34,908 bases of DNA from Octopus bimaculoides (taxonomy: Eukaryota). Location: the NCBI RefSeq assembly GCF_001194135.2, contig NC_068991.1, positions 5,255,268 through 5,290,175 of the forward strand. Direction: 5' to 3'. This document shows positions 12,560 through 22,792 of this stretch, in pieces. Within the stretch, counting starts at the first letter, position 1; each line of letters starts with the position of its first letter. The position numbers and the translations under genes are program-made. Under the pieces are notes generated by a model. The model worked only from the letters and a program-made list of their open reading frames with translations, made no database searches and was not told the origin of the DNA.

Positions 12560-12870
12560 AATAATAATAATAATAGTAACAATATTATGATTGTAAATAT
12601 GGCGGCGGTGATGATTTTGTCATCGCTGCTGCAGCTGCTATTGCTGCCGCTTCTACTGCTGCTGCCGATGCCACTGCTGATAGTGGTGATAATGATGATG
12701 ATGATGATGACGATGACGATAATGACTGTGATGATGATGATGATTATGATGATGATGATCATGATAATGATGAAGATGATGATGATGATGATTATGAAGG
12801 TGGTGGTGGTGGTGGTGGTGATGACAACAACAATGAGGATGATGCGGGGGAGGAGAAGGAGAATAATAAT
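12560..12870. repeat. Degenerate AAT/GCT/GAT/GGT microsatellite region
   Basis: Direct inspection. Confidence 0.85.
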
Positions 12871-13087
12871 AATTATCGTGATGAGCCAGGTGTAGGAGGG
12901 GAGGAGGACGAGGGGAAGAGGAGTTTCTTTCATTTCCTTCTTTTTTATGCGAAACGAATGGATGAATTTCAATCGAGACAACTCCGCCCAGATTCCACAG
13001 AACTCCTTTGCCTATATAAAATGAGAGAAAAGAAGACTGCATAATATATACCCACTATATACTCACTATATTATATACATACAAGTT

Positions 13088-13250
13088 GCGAGCTGAAGGA
13101 ATCGTTAGCATGCCGGGCGAAATGCTTAGCGGTATTTCGTCTGCCATTACGTTCTGAGTTCAAATTCCGCCGAGGTCGACTTTAGCTTTCATCTTTTCGG
13201 AGTCGATTAAATAAGTACCAATTATGCGCTTGAGCCGATGTACTCGACTT
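13088..13250 (+). mobile_element. tRNA-derived SINE
   Basis: gaatcgttagcatgccgggcgaaatgcttagcggtatttcgtctgccattacgttctgagttcaaattccgccgaggtcgac is near-identical to the 15167 copy. Confidence 0.9.
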
Positions 13251-13540
13251 AATATCTGATTCCGTCAATTCATAAAATAAATTACCTTCGTTGACAAGTA
13301 TTGAACGCTCTTATATTTCGCCCTACCTCTCAGTAAATTCCGTTTATATATGTTCGGTGTTTGTGCCTACGCATACACATACATTCACATACACACATAC
13401 ACACACATATATTTACATATATTAATCTCTGTTTTATTTCGAGTTATATCTTAATAAAATTGAACATTTAACTAAGTAATTCCTTAATAAATTTTTACAG
13501 AGAATATTTAATAAATATGCCTTCATACACACACACACAA

Positions 13541-13603
<63 letters not shown>

Positions 13604-13829
13604 NNNNNNNNNNNNNNNNNNNNNNNNNNNNNNNNNNNNNNNNNNNNNNNNNNNNNNNNNNNNNNNNNNNNNNNNNNNNNNNNNNNNNNNNNNNNNNNNN
13701 NNNNNNNNNNNNNNNNNNNNNNNNNNNNNNNNNNNNNNNNNNNNNNNNNNNNNNNNNNNNNNNNNNNNNNNNNNNNNNNNNNNNNNNNNNNNNNNNNNNN
13801 NNNNNNNNNNNNNNNNNNNNNNNNNNNNN

Positions 13830-13886
<57 letters not shown>

Positions 13887-13932
13887 TGTGTACGTATGTA
13901 TCTATATATATATATATGTATATATGTCTATA

Positions 13933-14012
<80 letters not shown>

Positions 14013-14544
14013 ACATATTCAACAAGTTAAAACACAAGGAAGTAGAAAGAGAGAAGAGAGAGAGAAAGGGAGAGAGAGAGAAAAGGAGAGAGAGAAAAGG
14101 AGAGGGAGAAAAGGAGAGGGAGAAAGTGAGAGACAGACAGACAGACAGAAGCAGATAGGAAAGTGCGAAAACACTTGAAATAGACAGGTGAAAAGATAAA
14201 CAGTGTGTCTGAATCCTCCAAGACATATTTGTCAAATATTTAAACTCATGTCAGCAATGACAGCCGCCATGTTGTATTGTAGATTTTATGTAATCTCACT
14301 GAATTGTTTATTTCCCTGACGCCATGGAAATTATCTAAAAGCACGGAGGAGGAGTAGTATGAGATTATTGAATAATGTATAAAAATTCAAAACCAAATCA
14401 CTTCAAACACACGTACTCTTCAAGTACATAGACACCCTCACGCACGCAAGCTCACGCACGCACACACTCGCACGCACACACGCACCCACATATCTTTTAT
14501 CTCCTACTTGTTTCGGTATTTATACGGTTGCCATTCTGCATTAC

Positions 14545-14680
14545 TGCGTTGTCGAGGGTGACTTAGCTATTCATGCTTCGGGATCGATATAATATGTACC
14601 TGCTCAGCACTGGGGGTCGATGTAATCCACATACGTTCCTCCTCTGAATTTTCCTTGCCTTGTCCAAATATTTGAAAACC
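14545..14680 (+). mobile_element. SINE 3' half, diverged
   Basis: gagggtgacttagctattcatgcttcgggatcgat...gtacc...agcactgggggtcgatgtaatc aligns to the 3' part of the 15167 copy. Confidence 0.6.
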
Positions 14681-14747
14681 ATCAACATCATCATCATCAT
14701 CGTCGATGTCGTCGTCATCAACTATAATATTATTATTATTATTATTA

Positions 14748-14785
<38 letters not shown>

Positions 14786-15146
14786 GCATCCGCCATAGCG
14801 TGGGCGGATATGTTGCTTTCAGTCGTGTTTGTTTTTTGTTCGCGAACAAGATATCTCAAGAACTGCTGGATGGATTCGGATGAAATTTTCAGGGATGTTC
14901 GGCCTTGGGACTGGCACAAACTAATTAGATTTTGTGAAGGATCTGGTACCGGATAAGGATTCTGGGTTATTTTTCCTCTTTCTTTACTTAATTTTTGAGA
15001 GCGGTATGTGTCACTTTTAGTATTCTCGCTTGTGAGAACAGTCGAGTTTATTTCAAATATTCTCATTTTAAAAATCATCTCTGGCTAATCGTTGAGAGGA
15101 CGTTGATGTTGCCTTGGTGGAGATTTGCGCTCTCTGAGTGCTCTTG
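14786..15146 (+). mobile_element. Non-autonomous Helentron-associated (HINE/DINE-1-like) element
   Basis: 5' hairpin atccgcc(14788-94)/ggcggat(14803-09); interior ggatggattcggatgaaatttt...gattttg...ggatctggtaccggat; 3' subterminal ccttggtggag followed by hairpin gcgctc-tct-gagtgc (15127-15141); T-rich flanks; no ORF. Confidence 0.6.
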
Positions 15147-15166
15147 ATATTATTACTATTATTACT

Positions 15167-15370
15167 GAGCTGGCAGAAACGTTAGCGCGCCGGGCGAAAT
15201 GCTTAGCGGTATTTCGTCTGTCTTTACGTTCTGAGTTCGAATTCCGCCGAGGTTGACTTCGCATTTCATCCTTTCAGGGTCGATAAATTAAGTACCAGTT
15301 GAGTACTGGATTCGATCTAATCGACTGCCGCCCTCCCCTAATATTTCGGGTCTTGTGCCTAGAATAGAGA
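15167..15370 (+). mobile_element. tRNA-derived SINE, best-preserved copy, with (ATT)n tail
   Basis: A-box-like TGGCAGAAACG (15171), B-box-like GTTCGAATTCC (15235-15245), body shared with the other copies, (ATT/GTT)n from 15370 to about 15452. Confidence 0.92.
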
Positions 15371-15418
15371 TTATTATTATTATTATTGTTGTTGTTGTTG
15401 TTATTATTATTATTATTA

Positions 15419-15453
<35 letters not shown>

Positions 15454-15849
15454 GAAGTTATTTTCGCGGAAGCCAGTGCAAAGTGGATGCAAGTACAAAA
15501 GCAAATAAAATGTATTCCCTTACTGAAACTCAACACCGATGTTATTAAACCTCTAAATCTGCTGATATATTCGCCATTGACACACCGATTCCACCCATCA
15601 CTGCAACTACAACCATCCACTCCCGCCAGCATCCAACATCACAATTAATTTACTATTCCCTTCGCTATCATTATCGCTGCCATCAACCTTAGCATCACAA
15701 GTAACACACATTTAAATTGGTAACATTACGACCAATAATTTCGCGGAAAACGAGTGAATTAAATTCACAGCGCCATTGACATATTGCATCTTGTTCAGGA
15801 ATAGCAATATGGACATTACCTTGTTATTTGTTACCTTTGATTTGTTACA

Positions 15850-16020
15850 GTCAATGTGGCCATGCTGGAGCAACGCCATGAAATGTTTCATCGAGGAAAT
15901 ACGAGCCAAATATTTATTAGTACGTCTGGTACCTATTTTATCGGACACCTTTGACGAACGGGAGGATTGCGGGACCGTAAGCAGACCAAAAATATTTTCT
16001 AGCAGTGATCAGAGACAAAC
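15850..16020 (+). mobile_element. Degenerate fragment of another octopus-type SINE/interspersed repeat
   Basis: tggccatgctggagcaacgcc...ctggtacctattttatcgg...gacgaac...gacaaac followed by (AC)n; recognised from recall only. Confidence 0.4.
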
Positions 16021-16130
16021 AAATTAACAAAAAAGCATACGCTTATACACACACAAGCAAACACACACGTATACGTATGTACGTATATATATATACATAC
16101 ATACATACATACACACACACATAATTCAAA

Positions 16131-16230
16131 GTGGCCCACGGTGAGATGTGAACTCGTAACTCATAGAGCCGAAGAAAGTCTGCCAAGAATTTTTCTCTAC
16201 GCGCTATTGATTCTACTAACTCGCAGCCTT
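16131..16230 (-). mobile_element. SINE 5' head, diverged, minus strand
   Basis: The reverse complement aaggctgcgagttagtagaatcaatagc...aaaattcttggcagactttcttcggctct...gagttcacatctcaccgtgggccac aligns with the family head. Confidence 0.55.
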
Positions 16231-16377
16231 ATCAAGAGGAATTAATTAATATTAATGAAGGACCGGACTAATCGAAAGAACCTCTATTTGATTGTCCAAC
16301 ATGCTAAAGATCGCAACCAAATATTCTCAATACTGACTATTATCATTCTGGCCCATAAGACGTCTAGCTGCCACCAT

Positions 16378-16465
16378 CCTTAGCACGCCGGGCAAAATTC
16401 TTAACTGTATTTGACCGTCTTTACTTTCTGAGTTCAAACTCAGCCAAGATTGACTTTTCCTGGGT
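16378..16465 (+). mobile_element. SINE fragment
   Basis: ttagcacgccgggcaaaattcttaactgtattt...ctttactttctgagttcaaactcagccaagattgacttt aligns to the 13088 and 15167 copies. Confidence 0.75.
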
Positions 16466-16527
16466 CAATTACTTGCAATAGATTGGATTCCACTAAAGGC
16501 ATACAAGTTATTGTCTTGGCTGGAACA

Positions 16528-16709
16528 TACGAGGAAGTGCTGAAAAGTTTCTGGCTTTAAGGGCATCGCGAAAGGTCTTGTTGGAGGCCCCAAACCATCC
16601 GAGTTCTTTTACAGGGCTTAGAAAATCCGAAGGACCGCTAGAATAAGTGTGTGAATCTGAGACGGGAATATGTTGAATAAAATCATAATTAACTGATCCT
16701 CCTGTATTT
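16528..16709 (+). mobile_element. Mariner-derived MITE, second copy, right TIR missing
   Basis: TA followed by cgaggaagtgctgaaaagtttctggcttt TIR. The interior encodes a mariner-type tail (KDR*NKCVNLRREYVE*) and is colinear with 333-578. Confidence 0.8.
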
Positions 16710-17224
16710 GAATACAATTCTTCTACATTCTGGAACGACCTGGGTCTCAATAACCAACATTACGACGATGTATATTCTTACGACCAGCGCCACCGTCACC
16801 ACCTTCGCCATCATCGTTTTCATCTCCGACGCCGACGCTTCAACTAATATCAACGTTTCTGCCCCCTCCCCCGCCACATAATTGGAACTCCATTGCATCA
16901 GCATCGCCCACATGAATACTATGATCGCTAGTACTACCCTGTACTGACACCAATATTACTAAACACTACACAAATCAAAACCGCCATGACTACCACGAAC
17001 CTCACCAAACCCTACCAAGCCCACTACCACCGCTGCATTCACCTTCGTAAACACCACCGCTACTACTACTGCCAACATCATCGCCACCACCACCGCCGCC
17101 ACAACTAATAATAATAATGATAATAATAACATCACTAAAACCAGCAACACGACGAGGTAACAAAGAATCAACGCCAAGCCACTTGCTAGCGTCAATCAAA
17201 GCCGGAATCAAATGCATCCATTAA

Positions 17225-17443
17225 CAATCGGGCATTCTCTTTTTCTCTCCCACCTCTCACACACTCCCTCTTTCTCTCTCCGTCTCTCTCACACCCTCTC
17301 CATCTCACTCTCACTCTCTCTCGCTCCCCATCTCTCTCACTCCACCTCCTCCTTGCCTTTCTTCTCTCCTTACGTATTCATTCAAAGCCTCTGTCTCTAA
17401 ACGCCTTTCTCTTTCTATTATCTCCTGTCTCTCCCTCTCTCCC

Positions 17444-17492
<49 letters not shown>

Positions 17493-18645
17493 GTGTCTCT
17501 CTCCCTGTCTATCGGTCTGTCTGCTTTTCGTTCTCTCTCTGTACGACTATCTCTCTCTCTCTCTATCTTTCTCTGTCTCTCTCTCTCTCTCTCTTTCTAT
17601 CTCACTCTCTCACTTTCTGATTCTGCATGTCTATATGTCTCTCTCTGTCTCTTTCTGTCTCTGTCTCTCTGTGTTCGTCTCTCCCTCTCCCTTTCTTCCT
17701 CCCCCTCTCCCTTTCTTCCTCCCCCTCTCCCTTTCTTCCTCCCCCTCTCCCTTTCACTATCCCCCTTTTCTTTTCCTATTCTTTAACAAACCTATCTATT
17801 CACGGCCAATCCAATTTTTTCTCCACGTCTCTCTCCTTTTCTCCGCTCTCTCACGTTCACTGTAACTCTCTCAACTCCTTTCTCCTTCATTCTGGCTCTT
17901 ACCTTCTTCTTCCCTCAATCACTCTATTCTTCTCTCTCTCTCTCACCCTCTCTCTCACCCTATCTCTCTCTCCCTCTCTCTCTCTCTTTCTCTCGTTCTC
18001 TCTGACTATTCCCTACCCCATACCTCCCCGCTACCAATCAAAGTTAATCTTTTCATCTTATTTTTTATCTGTTCATCTTCATTTTCCTTATACAACCGAA
18101 GACTGACTCGTTGCATCTTCTCCCTTCATTTTCACACACAAACATGCACAAACACTTACATACACACACACACATTCAACATAGACACACACATACATAC
18201 ATATACACACATACACACTTGCACACATACACGCACGATCACTGTCTCTCCTTCTTGTTCTCTGATTCTATTTCGTATCTCTCCTTTTCAAACATAATCC
18301 AGACTCTCACTCTCTCTCCTTTTCACTCTCTCCATCTCTCTCTTTCTCATTCTCACCCTCTCTCTCCTTCTCTCTCACTCTCTCTCTTTCTCACTCTCTT
18401 TCCTTCTTACTCTCTCCCTCTCTCATCTTTTTTCTCTTTCTCCCTCTATCCATTTTTCTCCTTCTTTCTCTCATTGACATTTTGTTACTTCTGCCTTTGT
18501 CCTCACAAACACACATTTTACAATGAACTTCACTTTGTCTCTCTTTTTCTCTTTCTCTCTCTCCCTCTGTCTGTCTGTTTGTCTTTCTCTCTCTCTCTCT
18601 CTCTCTCCTTCTCTCTCTCTCTCTCTCTCTCTCTCNNNNNNNNNN

Positions 18646-18683
<38 letters not shown>

Positions 18684-18900
18684 ATATATATATATATATA
18701 TATATCAATGTACCTATCTATCTATCTACCTCGCATTTTGTTCTGTTCTTCCCTGTTGCTTTTGATCTATCACTTTCTCTCATTCTCTCTCCTCATCTCT
18801 CTCTATATCTCTCCATCTGTCTCTCCATGCATTTCGGTCTTTATCAATCTAACTCTCTAGCCGTCGTTCCGCCCAATGGCTTCTCTTCCTTTTTCCTTCT
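17225..18900. repeat. Approx. 1.7-kb strand-biased polypyrimidine/(CT)n low-complexity domain with (TATC)n and AC-rich inserts
   Basis: Direct inspection. Confidence 0.9.
17683..17755. repeat. 20-bp pure-pyrimidine minisatellite (CCCCCTCTCCCTTTCTTCCT), about 3.7 copies
   Basis: Perfect units start at 17701 and 17721, with a variant unit at 17681 and a partial unit at 17741. Confidence 0.9.
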
Positions 18901-19003
18901 CTCTCTCTCTCTATCTCTATCTATCTATTTATCTTTCTACTCTTATCAATCAACGCCATCTCTCTTTATACATACATCCATGTATATATACATACATATA
19001 TAT

Positions 19004-19066
<63 letters not shown>

Positions 19067-19626
19067 ATATTACAAACACAAACACACGCATATATACATA
19101 CATATATATGCATATAAATACATACTTGCATATGTACATGTCTACACACCTGTTTAATTCCGTGCACAATAGGTACATACATTCATGCACACATACATAT
19201 ATACAAACATACATACATACAGTCATGCATACATACATATGTACAAACATACATACTTGCATACAAACATACAGACATCCATACATACACAGATACATAC
19301 ATACATGCATACAAACACACATACATATATACACATAGATACACACATACATACATACATACATACATACAAACACACACACATACATACATACATACAT
19401 ATATACACACATACATACACACACATGCATACGCACATGCATACTTACGCGTAGACAAACGCATGCAATGCGCGTGTGTGAAATCCTTGTATTATTGCCC
19501 TCTTTTATCCTCACACTAACACATTTAAAATTAGTAACCTCTCTCTCTCTCTCGCTTTGAACTCTCAAGCGTATTCTCTCACCATCTCTCTCATTTTCAC
19601 TCTTTTACCATCCACCCTCTTTCTCT

Positions 19627-19657
<31 letters not shown>

Positions 19658-20442
19658 ATTCTTCCTCTTATTGACAAGTTAACCTCTCCAAAGTGCAATG
19701 ACTTCAATTACAGCAACAAGAGCATGCTGCAGGCTGCTGTTACGAGCTGACACTGTCACAGAACTTTTAAAACGCACCACGCCGCCTGAACAACTCAGCT
19801 ACATTTGCTGTAAGCTGACTTTAATTTCTTTACTTTTTGATGGACGAACAATTACCGAATGACTACACCCCCCCACCTCCCACATTCCTCTACTCTCTCT
19901 CTCTCTCTCTCTCTCTCATTCTTCGCTAATTCTTGCCCCTCCTTTTCTTTTTCCTCTTCATTTTTTCTTCTCTTTTCCGTCGTAATTTTTCTTTCCTTGG
20001 TTGTTTCGCCATGCTACTCGTTTCTTTGCTAATCCATTCCTCTCTCGCTCTTTCTTTTTTTTTTTCGCTTTCCTACTTCTCCTTCTTCTTTAATTTATCA
20101 ATATGCATTAATATATCCCCGTTGCAATAAATCAATCAGTCTAGCTGCTTACGTAACTATCAATCCATCCATCCATTCATTCATTAATCCATATAGCAAT
20201 CCATTTAAGAATCCATCTAAAATTCTACCTGTCTATCTCTCTGGCTATCTACCTATCTATCTAATTATCTATCTATATACTAGATACCTATCTATCTACC
20301 TCTACATTTCTCTGTTTATCTACATATCTATCTAATTACCTATCCGTCAACTGTCTAACCTTCTATTTATCTGTTTCTATTTATGTGTCCATCTGTTGAT
20401 CAATTTAACTAGCTAACTGTCTATTTATCTATATATCTATCC

Positions 20443-20479
<37 letters not shown>

Positions 20480-20657
20480 ACTATCGATTTATCTATATAT
20501 TTATCTATTTATTTATCTATCTACCTAACTATCTATCAATCTTTCCATCTATCTATCTATTTATGTGTCTATCTATTTATATAACTATCTGTTTATCTAT
20601 CTATATCTTTATATGTGCATGTGTGGGTATTGTGTGTATATATATATATATATATAT

Positions 20658-20707
<50 letters not shown>

Positions 20708-21429
20708 NNNNNNNNNNNNNNNNNNNNNNNNNNNNNNNNNNNNNNNNNNNNNNNNNNNNNNNNNNNNNNNNNNNNNNNNNNNNNNNNNNNNNNNNNNNNN
20801 NNNNNNNNNNNNNNNNNNNNNNNNNNNNNNNNNNNNNNNNNNNNNNNNNNNNNNNNNNNNNGTGTGTGTGTGTGTGTGTGTGTGCGTGTGTGTGTGTGTG
20901 TGTTGGTGGAACAGCTTTTCTGTACGGCATTATAGCGAAAATAGTGTTCTGATGATATAGTTTTATCAAACGTCTTTTTCTTTATATTTCCATATGAATT
21001 TCCTGCAATCTTTAAAATAATGATGGCAACTACACGTATTATCAACGTTTATAGACCTTCAAGGTCTCACCCTCAGAATGGAGTAATTTTGGCGTTAGTT
21101 GCTAGCACTTTGTAGTTCGTAAGGTCAATATGATTGGTGTTGACATTAAACCCGGGAATTAATTTTGACCGTTAGAATTAATCATTACCAGTCAAATGTT
21201 ATTTACTTGTGGCTATATTTTGCGGGTTTTATATTAGCATTGTTCTGTGCCGCGAATATGAGTTACATAAATGATCGTCTGCGTTTGTTTCAGATGCAGC
21301 AGACATGGATGTGTCGGCTGCTAATTTACCAGTTGTGTGGTGCAGTGCATTACAATCTCTCCTTGCACATGACGAAGCACGAGTGAACGTCGCTCCTCTT
21401 TGGTCGATCCAGTATAGCAGTCGTTGCAA

Positions 21430-21830
21430 TGAATGTCCACAGACATTGAAGTCGGTAAAAACACTCAGATTAAAAGAAGAAGAAAAAAACCCAGAAAATC
21501 TTCTCTACAAACGAATCGAATAATAGAGAAATCCACAGAACAGAACAAATACTAATCTGCAACAGGCACTCTAACAAATTAATGGAGAAGCCTTGCAACA
21601 GTTACGGGTAGAAATATAATTCAGCGTATGTATAACACACGTCAATGACTAAAAATATTCAAAGCACACATAAAGAGTATTATATGAACCAAATGCGTCT
21701 TAACTATAGAAGATATAAAGACATTAAACGCATCATAAATCGTAACACAAAACGCATTGCGCCAAAGCATAAATTAATATTGTGTACTGTAGAAGCAGTA
21801 AATTTTAAAATGCTTTATCAAAGACAAAAG
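21430..21830 (+). mobile_element. Decayed Penelope-like element (RT thumb/linker region)
   Basis: Successive frameshifted segments CNECPQTLKSV, REIHRTEQILICNRHSN and EYYMNQMRLNYRRYKDIKRIINRN...KHKLIL occur in the order and pattern I recall for PLE motifs (ECP..K.SV; EI.RI.QIL.NNGY.N; YY.NQM..NY...K.II.RN). Confidence 0.55.
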
Positions 21831-22758
21831 GGATCTGGAAGAGTGTAGGCCTAGAACCAAACTGTCTGTGAATATGGTGGTTTAGAAATTTGATTTAGGT
21901 TAGAGGTAAACATCATTATTGCAAGTGTTTATTTGGCCCTTCTGCTGTCTGGCCCGTGCAGTTTGATCAGTTGGTATGGCGAGGAGTGATACATACCTCA
22001 GATCAAAAACCGAAGCTAGACAGCAAAATATTTCGCTTGCATGCATTCACACACTCACACATGCACACACAAATACACACATACACACAAACACACACAC
22101 ACACACACACACACGCAATGGTGATAGATAGACAGACAGACAGACAGACAGTATTGCTATTAGTATCATCATTAATATCGTTATAATATTTTATACTCTA
22201 ACATAAAACAAAACGCGTCTCTATAAAATGTGCTCTATCACCAAGCACACAGCGCGCAATTTTATGCATGCGCAGACACACCTCAGATTCAGGAAAATTA
22301 CTATTGAGCTAATTTTTTTTTTTTTCATCATTTTTCTGCCTTTGCATTCCTATACTTCATACTTATCTACGTCTCACCCAGTTCACGTGGTTTACACCCG
22401 TTACATGTTATTATATATTTAGGTTAAAATGCACCCAGATATTCGTGCTTCTGTAAGTCGTATTATTTAGAGATGTACTGGAGTTTATGAATATTGTGCA
22501 TTAAATTAACATTTGTTGTAATGAAATGAAAACCATTTGCTTTTACATTTATTAATCAATAATTCACATTCGGAAATTTAATCTGCGTAGGCACACCCCA
22601 TAATTACTACCCAGCGGGTGCATGTCTAATGTATGTACGTGAGTGTCTGTGCGTTTGTGTGTATGTGTACGTATGTGTGTAAATGTGCTTGTGAACGTAT
22701 ATATGTATAGATAAACATAGATATCACACTGTATATATATATTCGCACATACATACAC

Positions 22759-22792
<34 letters not shown>

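Noticed and set aside
15167-15250. tRNA gene suggested by A-box and B-box motifs
   Set aside because: No cloverleaf is evident, and the sequence continues into a shared SINE body and tail present in several diverged copies.
12463-15452. Possible SINE-LINE partnership between the ATT-tailed SINE and the Dong-like LINE
   Set aside because: The SINE 3' end shows no visible similarity to the LINE 3' UTR, and the tails are of opposite sense ((ATT)n versus (AAT)n).
16730-17210. Pro/Thr/His-rich or hydrophobic ORFs in the CAC/CAT-rich block
   Set aside because: Degenerate trinucleotide low-complexity sequence like 15540-15710 and 26960-27110; no splice or homology support.
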